A stretch of DNA of 64,000 nt, from assembly GCA_048320885.1 (NCBI GenBank), contig JBLWFJ010000001.1:5953697-6017696 (forward strand), in the 5' to 3' direction. Positions 1-14,434 of this stretch are shown one piece after another. The translations under genes were made by a program, and so were the position numbers. A model generated the notes under the pieces. It ran no database searches. It saw nothing but the letters and a program-made list of their open reading frames with translations, and was not told where the DNA came from. Within the stretch, counting starts at the first letter, position 1. Every line of letters begins with the position of its first letter. Source of the stretch: Nannocystaceae bacterium ST9 (GTDB lineage: Bacteria; Myxococcota_A; Polyangia; Nannocystales; Nannocystaceae).

Positions 1-2395
<2,395 letters not shown>

Positions 2396-2417
2396 CCTCC
2401 TCCAGCCCCGACGAATC

Positions 2418-4214
2418 ATGAACAGCCCGGTCAAGCACCGCCTCCCGATCCTGAATCAACCCGAGTTCGACGACATCGCCGCCGAGCTCGAAGCCTTCGA
2501 GGCCGCCGAGCGTGCCCGGCTCGGCCTCGACGAGCCGGTCCAGTACTGGCGCGACGAGATGGTCGATCTGACGATCAAGCAGAGCGAGGTCGCCGACACG
2601 ACCCTGCTGATCGGCGGCCTGCCCAAGCTCGCCGACGTGCTGATCCGATCGGCGCTGCTGCCCTTGGGCTACTCGGTCATGTACCTGCCCGAGCCCGACC
2701 ACGAGTCGCTGCGCTACGGCAAGGAGTTCGGCAACCGAGCGCAGTGCAACCCGACCTACTACACGGTCGGCAACCTGGTGAAGTTCCTCTGCCAGCTGCG
2801 CGACAAGGGCCTGAGCTCGGAGGAGATCGTCCGCAAGTACGCGTTCGTGAGCGCCGGCTCGTGCGGCCCCTGCCGGTTCGGCATGTACGTGACCGAGTAT
2901 CGCAAGGCCCTGCGCGACGCCGGGTTCGACGGGTTCCGAATCATGCTCTTCCAGGAGAAGGGCGGGATCAGCCAAGAAGGCGATCAGCCGCAGGAGGCCG
3001 GCATCTCGTTCGGGCCCAAATTCTTCATGCAGCTGGCCAAGGCGGTCTACGCCGCCGACATCATCAACGGGATCGGCTATCGCCTGCGCCCCTACGAGGT
3101 CGTCGAGGGCTCGGTCGACGCCGTACTGAGCGAGACCAAGCGGCTCTGCTGCGAGTACCTCGAGGCCGGCAAGCCGATCTTGCTCGCGCTGCTGAAGGCT
3201 CGCTCGATGTTCGCCGCGCTCGAGCTCGACCGCACCCGGATCAAGCCCAAGGTCGGCATCGCCGGCGAGTTCTGGGCGCAGATGACCGAGGGCGAGGGCA
3301 ACTACCGGGTCAAGCAATTCCTCGAGTCCGAGGGCGCCGAGGTCCGCATCCAGTTCGTGTCCGAGTGGCTGCTCTACAACGTCTGGGAGGAGGGCCGCGA
3401 CCTCGAGCTGCGCGTCGGTCTGCGCGAGAACGACGTCGGCACCGCCCGCGCCGATCACCACCTCGGGACCTACTCGATCGCCAAGCGCCGGCTCGGCCTC
3501 AAGATCTTCGATCTCGGCATGCGGGCGACCTTCCAGCTGTTCGCCAAGGCGGCCGGGTTCAACGACTACAAGACCCAGGACGTCGACGCCGGCCGCAAGA
3601 CCGCCGAGGCGTTCTATCCTTCGGAGCTGCGCGGCGGCGAAGGCCACATGGAGGTCGCCCACGCGATCGACAACGCGGTCGAGAAGAAGGCCAACCTGAC
3701 CTTGAGCGTGAAGCCCTTCGGTTGCCTGCCGAGCTCGGGCGTCAGCGACGGCGTGCAGTCGAAGGTCCAGGAGAAATTCCCCGGGGCGATCATCGCAATG
3801 GTCGAGACCAGCGGCGACGGGGCGACCAACTTCTACTCGCGGGTCCAGCTCTATCTGTTCAAGGCTCGCGAGCAGGCCGAGGCCGAGGTCGCGCAGGCGC
3901 TGGCCGAGACCGGCCTGACCATGGAGGAGGTCCGCGCGTACCTGAAGGCCAACCCGAAGCTCGACGATCCGCTGCGCTTGCCTCCGCATCGGGCGGCCTG
4001 CACCGCCGCCGACGTCGTCTATCAGGTCCACGCACACCGCAGCTCGACCCCGCTCGGGCGAGCGCGGGCCCGCGGAGTCGAGGTCGCTCGCGGGGCCTCG
4101 CGCGCGCTCGGGGCGGCTCGGGAGTCGATGCCGGCGCTCTGGAAGAATGCGCGATTGCTCGCGGGGGATCTGCGGCTCGAGCTGCGCGATCAGGTGGCTC
4201 GACGATTGGCCTGA
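2418..4214 (+). CDS. Partner protein of the activase-like gene, DUF2229-like (2-hydroxyacyl-CoA dehydratase associated).
   Basis: ATG at 2418 lies 22 nt after the upstream stop. The 598-aa product has ordinary amino-acid composition, unlike the overlapping ORFs. Pairing of a large HgdC-like protein with a roughly 600-aa partner is a recurrent arrangement. The name is recalled from memory and was not searched. Confidence 0.5.
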   Translation: MNSPVKHRLPILNQPEFDDIAAELEAFEAAERARLGLDEPVQYWRDEMVDLTIKQSEVADTTLLIGGLPKLADVLIRSALLPLGYSVMYLPEPDHESLRYGKEFGNRAQCNPTYYTVGNLVKFLCQLRDKGLSSEEIVRKYAFVSAGSCGPCRFGMYVTEYRKALRDAGFDGFRIMLFQEKGGISQEGDQPQEAGISFGPKFFMQLAKAVYAADIINGIGYRLRPYEVVEGSVDAVLSETKRLCCEYLEAGKPILLALLKARSMFAALELDRTRIKPKVGIAGEFWAQMTEGEGNYRVKQFLESEGAEVRIQFVSEWLLYNVWEEGRDLELRVGLRENDVGTARADHHLGTYSIAKRRLGLKIFDLGMRATFQLFAKAAGFNDYKTQDVDAGRKTAEAFYPSELRGGEGHMEVAHAIDNAVEKKANLTLSVKPFGCLPSSGVSDGVQSKVQEKFPGAIIAMVETSGDGATNFYSRVQLYLFKAREQAEAEVAQALAETGLTMEEVRAYLKANPKLDDPLRLPPHRAACTAADVVYQVHAHRSSTPLGRARARGVEVARGASRALGAARESMPALWKNARLLAGDLRLELRDQVARRLA

Positions 4215-4227
4215 TCCCATCGCCAAC

Positions 4228-4311
4228 GCCACATTCTGAGGATCTTCAGAATGTCATGTTTCGGGGGGTAATTCCCGACCCCCGAATTCCCCGATCCCCT
4301 GAATGTGGCGG
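4228..4311. terminator. AT-richer convergent intergenic region containing an 8-bp-stem hairpin (cattctga/ggatct/tcagaatg, 4233-4254) nested inside a 10-bp outer inverted repeat (cgccacattc 4228-4237 and gaatgtggcg 4302-4311). Candidate bidirectional terminator or protein-binding site.
   Basis: Read directly from the sequence. It lies between the convergent gene ends at 4214 (+) and 4539 (-). The hairpin is followed by gtcatgttt. Confidence 0.3.
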
Positions 4312-4538
4312 AGGAGTCAATCGAGCAAGCGGGCGCGCGGGCGTAAGGATGGTCCGTTCGTGCCGAGACGAGCCCCTCCCTTCATGGCGAGGCGCCAGAG
4401 CACGAAGAATCGACATCACAGTGGTCGGCCCGCGATTCGAAGGGCGACCTGACTGAGGCACGGACGGACCATCCTGAGAGCCCGTGAAGCCTGTTGGTCG
4501 GGAGCGAGATCATCCGCGAAGGATCCGACGAGCAAGGA

Positions 4539-5618
4539 TCACTCGTCCTCGAGCCGCCCGAGCACATGCGCCGCCGCGACCACCACCGCCGGCCGAAACA
4601 ACAAATTGAGCACCGGGATCGCCAACAACAAAGCCGACCCGAGCGCGAATCCAGACGCGATCCAAGGCCGACGCTCGACGATCTCGACCTCGCCGCGCCA
4701 GTGCGCCCCCAAGCGCCCCAACATGCGCGTCCACCAGCGAAGCGGCGCGAACAAGGTGGCCGCCCAACCGCGCAGGTGCCAACTGGCCGGGGCCGCGAAC
4801 CAAGGCCGATCGAGGTGATCGGTCGGGGGCGGCTCGCTCGCGCCGGGCGGCAGCGTCTTGGCGCTGTCGAGCGCCTCGACGACGACCCAATGCAGGGCCC
4901 ACAGGTAGCCGAGCACGGCCGCCCAGACCGGGCCGATCAGCGGGAACGCGGCGACCAGGCCGGCGAGCGGGGCGACGCCGAGGCCGACGACCAGCAGCTG
5001 CACGAACGCCTCGACCAGCGTCTGGCGAAACGATCGCAGGTAGGGCTCGCGCGGCTCGAGTCCGAAGTGCGGGCGGGCCAGCGCGGCCAGCCGGGCGTAG
5101 TTGCGACAAAACAAGATCGGCGAGAGCGGGGCCGCGGCGATCAGCGTCAGGTAGTAGGCGCCGATCCACGAGAACACGCCCGACCCACCTTCGGCGACGA
5201 CCAGGCACACGCCGACGAACCCGAGCACCGGCAAGATCGCGCGCGTGAGCAGATCCTGATGGCGCCAGAGCATGCGCAGGCCGAGCAGCGGCTGGGCCAG
5301 GCCCCACAGAAAGCTGGCGGCGTGCAGCTCGTAGGCCGGCGCGGGCGTGGGCTCGCTCGCGTAGGTGCGCAACAGCTCGGCCGGCTTGCGCTGGACCGGC
5401 TCGAGCTCGGCGTGCTCGAGCTCGGCGTGCTCGTGCGCGAGCGGGACGATCGCCTGGGGTTCGGTGCGGGTCGCGATCACGTGTGGGGCCGCGCCAACCG
5501 AGGCGAGCGCGGTCGATTGCGTCGGCGCAGCCGTGTCGTTCGCGGGTTCGCTCACGTCGCAGAGGATAGCGGCATCAGTAGGCGCCTGGTCGCGGGCCGC
5601 CGATGATGAAGGTCGCAT
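4539..5618 (-). CDS. Integral membrane protein, possibly EI24/CysZ-like, with a long low-complexity N-terminal region.
   Basis: ATG at 5616-5618. Multiple hydrophobic helices (LPVLGFVGVCLVV, LLVVGLGVAPLAGLVAAFPLIGPVWAAVLGYLWALHWVVV, ALGSALLLAIPVLNLLF). Contains a 15-bp tandem repeat (AELEHAELEH, about 5400-5440). The true start may lie downstream, for example M116. Confidence 0.4.
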   Translation of the reverse strand: MRPSSSAARDQAPTDAAILCDVSEPANDTAAPTQSTALASVGAAPHVIATRTEPQAIVPLAHEHAELEHAELEPVQRKPAELLRTYASEPTPAPAYELHAASFLWGLAQPLLGLRMLWRHQDLLTRAILPVLGFVGVCLVVAEGGSGVFSWIGAYYLTLIAAAPLSPILFCRNYARLAALARPHFGLEPREPYLRSFRQTLVEAFVQLLVVGLGVAPLAGLVAAFPLIGPVWAAVLGYLWALHWVVVEALDSAKTLPPGASEPPPTDHLDRPWFAAPASWHLRGWAATLFAPLRWWTRMLGRLGAHWRGEVEIVERRPWIASGFALGSALLLAIPVLNLLFRPAVVVAAAHVLGRLEDE

Positions 5619-7179
5619 CGTCCCAGCGGAGCGCTCGCCGACTGAACACAGGATCGCTGTCAGCCTCCAGGACTCGCTCGATCGGCCCGCCGGGCGGCTC
5701 GTCGATCAGCAAGACGCGAGAGCCCCGCAGCTCGACCAAGATTCGCAGCCCTGTCGGAGTCCCGACCATCGCCCACTCGCCGGCGTTCTCCACGAGCACG
5801 CGTTGCTCGTCGCAGCCATCCACGCTGCATGTGGTCCCGACGAGCGTAGGGTCGTCGAACACCACGAACGCTCGATCACCCCGACAGACCAGCTGTTGTC
5901 CCGAGCTGGTCCAGCGATGCACGACTCGCACTTCGTCACCTGCGTGGATCAGCATGCCGTCGACCACGAGGAAGTCGCCGACGCTTCCCGTGCAGCTCGC
6001 CAAACTGGGCCATTCGGACGCGGACGCGAGGGTCGAGCTCCGCGCGATCGCTCGACCCTCGGCGTCGACGCGCAGCAAGTGGAGTGTGCTCGAACCCGTT
6101 TGGTCGAGTGTGCTCGAATCCGTTTGGTCGAGCTGGATCATCGCCAAGGTCGAAGACTCCTCGATGAAGTGGTAGCGTGCGATGCGGTCGTTCGGAATCT
6201 CGACCTCGACGGAGCGAAAGCTGCGGCCCTGGTCGTCGCTGATCCACAGGGAGTAGCCGACGTCGAAGGACGATGTCATCACGAAGACGCGTGTTGGGGT
6301 GACCCAGAGCGCCCCAGGCTGCGGCTGCGGTTGCAGCAGGGCTCGCGGCTCGCCGCCCGCGGCCGTCCAGTAGGTCACGGGATACACGCTATGCCCCGGA
6401 TCGATCTTGTCCTCGGTGATGAGCATCAGCCCCGCCGGTTCGATCGCAGCGAGACGATGCCACTCGTCGTCGTCGAAGGGTAGGGTCATGCTCGTGCGGC
6501 CGTCGGGCTCGATGCGGACGTAGCTCGAGTCCCTCCGCGCCACGATCCCTCCGGACGGCGAGAGTGCGATGGGCGTCTCGTCGTCCTGCAGCAACGAGCG
6601 CGGCGCGGGATCGATGAATTCAGCGGGGCAGTCGATCTCGGGCAGCGCTTCGTCGTCTCCGAGCAGCGCCGCGATCGCGCGTTCGTGAGCCTGCCGCGTC
6701 GCGTGCAGGACCTGGCACATCGCGGCGGCGCTCCGGCATTCGAGACCCGTGACCAGAGCACGGACGCAGAGCTCCGGCTCGACCCGCCTCAGCGCTTCGA
6801 GGGGTTTGGAATCCTCGAGGCTCGAGCCGGAGCCATGGATCTGCGAGAGCGATTGCTCTCGCTGGTCGAAACATTCGGCGAAGCTGCGCTCGAATTGTCC
6901 GGGCGTCAGCTGCCGTCGGATCATCGCGTCGGCGTAGGCGTCGGGCTCGGCATCGCCGGCGGCGCAGCGTTCGAAGTCGGCTTGGATCTGTGCGAGCTGG
7001 CCAGCGAGCTCACGATCGTGCTCGGCCAGCACCGTGGCCTCGGACCAGCGATGGATCCCGACGACCGGCAGTACGAGGGCGCCGAGCCCCAGTGCGACCA
7101 AGCCCGCCCTTCGCAGTCGACCTCGCGGGGCCTCGTTCACGGGCTCGTCGATCTCGTCGATCTCTTCGTCGGCGTTCAT
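5575..7179 (-). CDS. Hypothetical protein with an N-terminal signal anchor.
   Basis: ATG at 7177-7179. Acidic N-terminus followed by LVALGLGALVLPVVGI. Contains an internal 24-bp tandem repeat (LDQTDSSTLDQTGSSTL, about 6080-6130). Its 3' end overlaps the next gene's 5' end by 44 nt. Confidence 0.4.
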   Translation of the reverse strand: MNADEEIDEIDEPVNEAPRGRLRRAGLVALGLGALVLPVVGIHRWSEATVLAEHDRELAGQLAQIQADFERCAAGDAEPDAYADAMIRRQLTPGQFERSFAECFDQREQSLSQIHGSGSSLEDSKPLEALRRVEPELCVRALVTGLECRSAAAMCQVLHATRQAHERAIAALLGDDEALPEIDCPAEFIDPAPRSLLQDDETPIALSPSGGIVARRDSSYVRIEPDGRTSMTLPFDDDEWHRLAAIEPAGLMLITEDKIDPGHSVYPVTYWTAAGGEPRALLQPQPQPGALWVTPTRVFVMTSSFDVGYSLWISDDQGRSFRSVEVEIPNDRIARYHFIEESSTLAMIQLDQTDSSTLDQTGSSTLHLLRVDAEGRAIARSSTLASASEWPSLASCTGSVGDFLVVDGMLIHAGDEVRVVHRWTSSGQQLVCRGDRAFVVFDDPTLVGTTCSVDGCDEQRVLVENAGEWAMVGTPTGLRILVELRGSRVLLIDEPPGGPIERVLEADSDPVFSRRALRWDDATFIIGGPRPGAY

Positions 7180-7222
7180 CGCTCGCCTGCGATGCTATCT
7201 CACGCCCGCGGAGCACGCATGA

Positions 7223-9046
7223 TCATGTCAACCGAGGCCAGCGTGCCGCGGCGGCGAGATACGCATCGAGGCCGGCTTGCAGGCTGGCTCGGTGGCCGGC
7301 CTCGATCGTGTCGGCCAACTCGATGGTCAGCGACTCGATCAGTCGGGCCGAGTCGGAGCCGAGCAAGCAGAGCACCTCGGCGAGCGCGTCGCGGCCCTCG
7401 ACGCGAAACCTCGCCGACCGCACGAAGCCTCGCCGCCACTCGAGCGAGTACGAGTCCGCAGCCAGCGTGCGCAAGCCGGGGAGCAGCGTCGACGCGTGTC
7501 GCCGGATCAGCGCGTCGGCCTGCGCGTCGTCGGCTTGCAGATGAAGCAGGATCAGTTCGCCGCGAGGATCGCCGCGTTCGGTCAGCGCGTCGGCATAGAC
7601 CGCGAAGGGCTCGATCGCGTCGGGGTCGGCGATCAGCTCGGCCTCGAGCTCGGCGAGCGAGCGGCGTGGTGGCATGGCGGGTTCGTGATCGAGGTCGAGC
7701 CGGCCCTGCCAGACCACGCCGTCCTCGTCGAGCACGAGCGCGACCAGAGGATCGACGGCCTCGCCGAGCACTCGCATGCGAGCACTCGCGCCCTCCGGCA
7801 GCGCGCAGCGGCTCCAGCGATCGCCGCCTCGCGCGGTGGCCAGCAGCTCGTGGTCGGTCCACAGCGCCAGCACGGCGTGGCCGGGCACGAACTCGATCCA
7901 GCGCAGGTCCGTGGCCCGCAGCAGCTCGCCTTCGGACCCGCGCGGGCGACAGGGAGTTCGCTCGCCGGTGATCAGATCGAGCAGCGCGAAGCCCTCGTCG
8001 TCGATCACGAACGCCGGCGCGAGCCGACAGAAGTTGCCGGGATCGAAGCCCGGGATCACGCAGCTTCGAGGCTGAAGCGCGTGGGTTCGCAGCAGGCCCG
8101 CGCGCGACCAGACCTCGACGTGCCTGCGGCGAAACACGACCAGGTGCTCGCCGGGCGGGATTCGATCGGGCGGGAGGAAGGTGGTCGGATCGTAGACGTG
8201 GACCTCGTGGCTGGTCCCGCCGAGCGTCCAGACCTGTCGCCAGGTCTCGGTGGTCGAGAGCGGCTCGCCGGTGGCGGCGTCGAAGCGATCGACCGCGAGG
8301 AAGGGGTTGCCGCTCACGGCCGTGCTGGCGATCGCCAGCGCGCCGCGATCATCGATCGCCAGCGTGTGGGTGCCCTCGCCGTACTCGATCAGGCCGGCGA
8401 GTTCGAGCTGGCGATCGAGCGTCGAGACCACGAGGTCCGACTGATCGCTCGCGTCCAGATCGATCACGAAGCAGCCGCGATCGAGCACGGCCAGCCGGCG
8501 CCGGTCGGGGTGCAGCGCCAGGCGAGTCACGCGATCGGGCCAGATCAGCTGATCGCCACGTTGCTCGAGGATCTCCGGCAACCAAGGCACGCGCCCGTCT
8601 TCGCGATTGTTGGCGATCTCGGCGGCGAGCAGCCAGGTCAGCAGCGGTCGGCGATCGAGGATCGACGCCCGCAGGCGGCGTAGCGCGTCGAGTTCGGGCT
8701 CGGCGTCGTCGTCACTCCCGTCCTCGTCGTCTTCGGCGTCGAAGCCGAGCCCGGGATCGAGGCTCCGCAGCAGCGCGCCCGTCCAGGGATCGTGGATCCG
8801 CACCCGCGGGTGCGCGCCGCCTTCCAGCGCGACGACGCGCTGCCCGTCGGGGTGCAGGAGCACCGCCTCGACCTCGCCGCGCACGAACTCGAGCGGCAGC
8901 CAGCGGGGCTCGGGCGTGGTCGCGAGCAGGCGAACGCGACCCTCGAGATCGTTGATCGCGACCAGCTCGCCGGCGGCCGAGCAGGCCAGCTCGACGACCT
9001 GATCGACGTCGAGCGTGACGAGCTCGCGAAACTGCGACGCGCTCAT
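7223..9046 (-). CDS. Hypothetical protein with a C-terminal TIGR02996-like repeat-companion motif (EPFAVYADALTERGDPRGELILLHLQ).
   Basis: ATG at 9044-9046 is preceded by GAGGT only 13 nt after the fumC stop. The motif resembles the YADWLEE.GDPRGEFIRLQ signature known from Gemmata and myxobacteria. The N-terminal two-thirds is beta-rich. Confidence 0.5.
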   Translation of the reverse strand: MSASQFRELVTLDVDQVVELACSAAGELVAINDLEGRVRLLATTPEPRWLPLEFVRGEVEAVLLHPDGQRVVALEGGAHPRVRIHDPWTGALLRSLDPGLGFDAEDDEDGSDDDAEPELDALRRLRASILDRRPLLTWLLAAEIANNREDGRVPWLPEILEQRGDQLIWPDRVTRLALHPDRRRLAVLDRGCFVIDLDASDQSDLVVSTLDRQLELAGLIEYGEGTHTLAIDDRGALAIASTAVSGNPFLAVDRFDAATGEPLSTTETWRQVWTLGGTSHEVHVYDPTTFLPPDRIPPGEHLVVFRRRHVEVWSRAGLLRTHALQPRSCVIPGFDPGNFCRLAPAFVIDDEGFALLDLITGERTPCRPRGSEGELLRATDLRWIEFVPGHAVLALWTDHELLATARGGDRWSRCALPEGASARMRVLGEAVDPLVALVLDEDGVVWQGRLDLDHEPAMPPRRSLAELEAELIADPDAIEPFAVYADALTERGDPRGELILLHLQADDAQADALIRRHASTLLPGLRTLAADSYSLEWRRGFVRSARFRVEGRDALAEVLCLLGSDSARLIESLTIELADTIEAGHRASLQAGLDAYLAAAARWPRLT

Positions 9047-9059
9047 GTGCGACCTCGGC

Positions 9060-10451
<1,392 letters not shown>

Positions 10452-10556
10452 GGCGCCGCACGCTATCATGATCATGCACGATCGCGAGATCGATCGGATA
10501 TCCTGCGCGCGGTGCCCGAGAGCAACCCACGCGGCAGGTCGCGCATCTTCGAAGCC

Positions 10557-13202
10557 ATGGCCGGCGTGCTCGGACGGATCGACGTGCGGGTCGTGCTCTC
10601 GATCGCGATCATCGTCAGCCTGCTGCCTTTCGAATGGGTCGGTCGGCTGGATTCGCTGTTCTTGGTCCTGTTCGGGCTCGAGTTCCTGCTGCGCGCGACC
10701 CTGCTGTTTCGCGGCGAGGCGATCTACATCTACGCCAAGCCCAACCAAGTCGAGCTGCTGCGCTCGCGCGACGACACTCGCGGCTGGCACTGGCCCAAGT
10801 CCAGCGCGCTGATCTTGCTGGTCTTCGATCTGTTCGCGCTGCTCTCGTTCCTGCCGATCCAGGTCGAGGGCTCGGCGGCGACCCGCTGGCTGCGGATGTT
10901 TCGGCTCTCGCGGATGCTGCTGCTGATCAGCTATTGGGCGCCGCTGGTCCGCGACGCGTGGGGCGTGCTGCTCCGCGGCGAGCGGGCCAAGCAGATCGTG
11001 CTGATGGGCTTCATCGTGCTGGTGCTCTCGTTCTCCGGCGCGGTGGTGATCGAGCACGTCGGCGCGGGCGAGGGCCGGCCGATCGACTTCGACGGCGACG
11101 GCAAGGTCGGCGACAACGACCGCCGCTTCTTCGTGCACCTGTGGTGGGCGTTCCGTCAGGTCCAAGACCCCGGCAACATGCTCTCGTCGCCGGGCGAGGC
11201 CGCGGTCGTGATCGTCAGCCTCGCGCTCACGGTCGTCGGCCTGTTCATGGTCAGCTTCCTGATCGGCCTGGGCACCGACGTGGTCCGCGAGCTGATGGAG
11301 CTGACCCGGATGCGCCCGCCCGGCCTGCGCGGCCACACGATCGTGGTCAACATCGATCCCTCGACCCAGCAGCTCCTGCACATGCTGATGCGCTACTCGA
11401 GGAAGCTCAAGCCCGACGGTCGCTTCTCGCTCGGCTGGGTCCGCAAGCTGCTGCGCAACACGACCGCGCGCGGGCTCGGCAGCGCGCGCTTCGTGGTCGC
11501 CGGCGACGGCGCGAGCTCGCCCGATTTCCTGCGTCAGCCCGACCTGGTCGACATCGTCTATCGCCAGGCTCGCGTCGAGGACGACACCTTCGTGATCCGG
11601 ACCGACACGATCAGCGCGCAGCGGGTCGTGTTGCTCGCCGACTTCACGGCGCCCGATCCCGACGCCGAGACCATCCAGGCGGTCTTGACCATCACCCAGA
11701 GCCTGGCCGAGACCGACACGCGTCGCCGCGATCCCCACGAGCGCAAGCGCCTGCTGATCGCCGAGATCCTCGACGAGAGCAACGTGCCGGCCGCTCGCCG
11801 GGCGATCAGCGCGGGCGACCGGCAGAACACCCGCGCGTTCGTGATCCCGAGCGAGCGTCTGATCGCCCTGTTCATCGCCTGCATCACCCGGCGGCCCGGC
11901 TGCGAGCGCCTGCTCGAGGAGCTGCTGACCAGCTCGGGCCACGAGCTCTACACCTGCTTCTTCGACGAAGAGGGCCTGGGTTACTGCGAGAAGCGTCGGC
12001 CGGCGCTCGGCGAGCGACCCGAGCCGGCCATGGTCGAGCTCGGCGCTCGGGCTCGCGCGCTGCGAAGCCGACATCGCGTGGTCCCGGTCGGGCTCTTCTT
12101 CGATTCGAAGGCCGGCGAGGAGCCCGACGTGTTCATCAACCCGCGCGTGCGCGCCGACGCGGGGGCGAGCGAGCTCCCGGCTCGCTCATGCGGCGGCTTC
12201 ATCGCGATCGCGGCCAACTTCAACGACGTGTGCGCACTGTCGAGGTCGCTGTTCGAAGCCAAGCTCGAGCCGACGAGCGAGCCGCCCTCCGGCCCGCTCT
12301 GCCACCCCGAGCTGAGCTTGGCCAAGACCACGCCGCTGCGTCGCGTGCTGATCTGTGGGTTTCGCAGCGCGACGGTCAGCATGGTCGAGGCGCTGATCAA
12401 GTCCGAGCCGCACACGCAGATCCTGATCATGGTCGCCGACGCGGCCGCGCGCGACCACGCGATCGACGACTTCGACGCCCACTCGCGCTTGATCGAGCGC
12501 AAGCTGCTGCGGGGCAGCCACGGCCGGTTTCGCAAGGCCAAGGATCAGGCCTTGCTGACCTGGCTGGATCCCGAGGCGCCCGACGCCGAGCGCGGCCCGC
12601 ATGTCTACCTGGCGATCGGCGACTGGACCTCGTCGCGCCAGCTGACCGCGCTGCCGCTCGGGTTCGGCAGCGTCGCCAAGCTCGACGCGGTCGTCATGGT
12701 CTCGAGCGAGCGCGAGGGCTCCGACGCGCGCACGGCCAAGACCTTGATGAAGCTCGAGACCCTGGTCGATCCGCCCCGCTCGCCGCGGGTGGTCGCCGAG
12801 GTGCTCGACGTCGACCTCGCTCGACGGCTGCGGCGGCGGGCCGCTCAGCTCGGCGACACGTGCACGATGGTCTATTCGATCCAGGAGCTGCGCGCGTTCT
12901 TCATGTTCCAGGCGGTCGTGGTCCCGGCCTTCGATCAGGTCTACGCCGAGCTGATGGGCCCTTGGGGCCAGAGTCTGGTCAAGCTCGACGCCAAGGCCGG
13001 CGCGGGCACGTGCAGCTTCGACGCGCTCGCCGATCACGTCGCGACCCGCGGTCAGGTCCTGGTCGCGCTCGAGCTCGACGTCGGCAAGCCGCAGACCCAA
13101 CTGCTGGTCGCCGAGGGCAGCGCGATCGATCTGGCCAAGCTGCGCAGCGTGTGGGTGGTCGCCGAGGACCACCCGCGTCGGCCTCACTCGGTCATCGGGT
13201 AG
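10557..13202 (+). CDS. CASTOR/POLLUX (DMI1)-like ion channel with two RCK/TrkA-like domains.
   Basis: ATG at 10557. The N-terminus has TM helices including an S4-like [14 protein letters not shown] helix. A pore-like segment [14 protein letters not shown] has a D-x-G-N filter resembling ADAGNHA of DMI1. It is followed by two Rossmann-like segments ([21 protein letters not shown]). Confidence 0.6.
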   Translation: MAGVLGRIDVRVVLSIAIIVSLLPFEWVGRLDSLFLVLFGLEFLLRATLLFRGEAIYIYAKPNQVELLRSRDDTRGWHWPKSSALILLVFDLFALLSFLPIQVEGSAATRWLRMFRLSRMLLLISYWAPLVRDAWGVLLRGERAKQIVLMGFIVLVLSFSGAVVIEHVGAGEGRPIDFDGDGKVGDNDRRFFVHLWWAFRQVQDPGNMLSSPGEAAVVIVSLALTVVGLFMVSFLIGLGTDVVRELMELTRMRPPGLRGHTIVVNIDPSTQQLLHMLMRYSRKLKPDGRFSLGWVRKLLRNTTARGLGSARFVVAGDGASSPDFLRQPDLVDIVYRQARVEDDTFVIRTDTISAQRVVLLADFTAPDPDAETIQAVLTITQSLAETDTRRRDPHERKRLLIAEILDESNVPAARRAISAGDRQNTRAFVIPSERLIALFIACITRRPGCERLLEELLTSSGHELYTCFFDEEGLGYCEKRRPALGERPEPAMVELGARARALRSRHRVVPVGLFFDSKAGEEPDVFINPRVRADAGASELPARSCGGFIAIAANFNDVCALSRSLFEAKLEPTSEPPSGPLCHPELSLAKTTPLRRVLICGFRSATVSMVEALIKSEPHTQILIMVADAAARDHAIDDFDAHSRLIERKLLRGSHGRFRKAKDQALLTWLDPEAPDAERGPHVYLAIGDWTSSRQLTALPLGFGSVAKLDAVVMVSSEREGSDARTAKTLMKLETLVDPPRSPRVVAEVLDVDLARRLRRRAAQLGDTCTMVYSIQELRAFFMFQAVVVPAFDQVYAELMGPWGQSLVKLDAKAGAGTCSFDALADHVATRGQVLVALELDVGKPQTQLLVAEGSAIDLAKLRSVWVVAEDHPRRPHSVIG

Positions 13203-14137
13203 GGCTCGCAGTAGCTGTCTTCGACGGCGGTGTTGATCGCGGTCGAGAGCGACTGCACGCCGGCCAGGACCTCGTCGATGTTGTAGGCGGTGCCGCCGGT
13301 CTGCATCGGGATCGAGGGCTGACCCTGGAAGTCGTCGAAGAAGCCCATGCCGACCGGATCGCAGTCGCACTGGCCCCCGATCAGCGCCGCGAAGCTGAAC
13401 ATGCGGATCTCCTTGGACTGCAGCAGATCGACGGTGTCCGGGTAGTTGTGCAGGATGTCGACGCCATCGGCGGTGGTCGGGCCGTTCCAGAACGTGTCGT
13501 CGGTGGTGTGGATGACCATCCGCAGCGTGTCGGCGTTGGGTCGCCACTGGAACCCGGCCGCCGCGGCATAGATCGCGTCGAGGCTGTTCTCGGTCCAGGT
13601 GCTGTTGTACCCGCCGCCCTTGGTCTGCTGGTTGCTCGAGGTGAAGTCGTTCCAGTACGCGAAGTCGGCCTTGAGCTGGTCGACGTCGGTGTAGGGCGTG
13701 CCGGCGTTCACGAGCGTGAAGTCGTCGACGAACACGACCAGGCCGTAGTGCGGCTCGCTCGGCAGCTCGTACTGCATCAGCGCCTCGTGGACGACGGCGA
13801 TCTCGCTCTCGAGCTTGTCGAAGAAGGGCCCCATGGTCGTCGACACGTCCATCACGAACACGATGTCGACGTTCTGATCGCACATCTCGTTGGGCCCATC
13901 GTCGACGCCGGTGTCGACCGGCAGCGTGTCGAGCTTGGGGTCGGTGTCGATGCCCTCGTCGCTCGAGTCGGAGTCGCTCGACGACGACGCGGCGTCGTCG
14001 AGGGTGGTCGGGCCCTCGGCTTGCTCGTCCATTCCGTAGATGCTGTTGCCATCGTCCCCCGCACAGCCGAGCGTGGCTGGCAGCGCGAACGCGAGCAGAG
14101 GCAGGAGCGAGGTGGGCAAGGTAGCCAATCGCGACAT
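13184..14137 (-). CDS. Secreted lipoprotein with a von Willebrand factor A-like (MIDAS) domain.
   Basis: ATG at 14135-14137. Signal peptide with lipobox LGCAG, then an acidic Ser/Asp-rich linker, then DIVFVMDVSTTM (DxSxT MIDAS-like). Confidence 0.55.
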   Translation of the reverse strand: MSRLATLPTSLLPLLAFALPATLGCAGDDGNSIYGMDEQAEGPTTLDDAASSSSDSDSSDEGIDTDPKLDTLPVDTGVDDGPNEMCDQNVDIVFVMDVSTTMGPFFDKLESEIAVVHEALMQYELPSEPHYGLVVFVDDFTLVNAGTPYTDVDQLKADFAYWNDFTSSNQQTKGGGYNSTWTENSLDAIYAAAAGFQWRPNADTLRMVIHTTDDTFWNGPTTADGVDILHNYPDTVDLLQSKEIRMFSFAALIGGQCDCDPVGMGFFDDFQGQPSIPMQTGGTAYNIDEVLAGVQSLSTAINTAVEDSYCEPYPMTE

Positions 14138-14434
14138 TGGCCGAGGTTCTCACGTTCGCGCGCGCGCGGTGTACTCGAGCCGTGGAATGCAGTTTCCAGC
14201 GGCCAAGCACGACTGATCCATCGACCATGATCATTCGGGGCGAACGCGCTCGGTCGTGGATTCAATGCACACGACGAGTGGCGAATCTCCCCAGTTGCCC
14301 GAACGACCAGGAACGAAACGTGTACGGGGCAAGTGTGGGCCCGGTGAACCGAGCGAGCACATGCACTGCATGAACTGCATCGCGATCGCGTTTCGGTGCT
14401 GGCGGTCGACGAAGCAGGGGGCTACTGTCGAAGC

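Noticed and set aside
10634-14234. 1198-aa plus-strand and 682-aa minus-strand ORFs spanning the channel and vWA genes.
   Set aside because: Arg/Ala/Gly-rich, no domains. They overlap well-supported genes in other frames.
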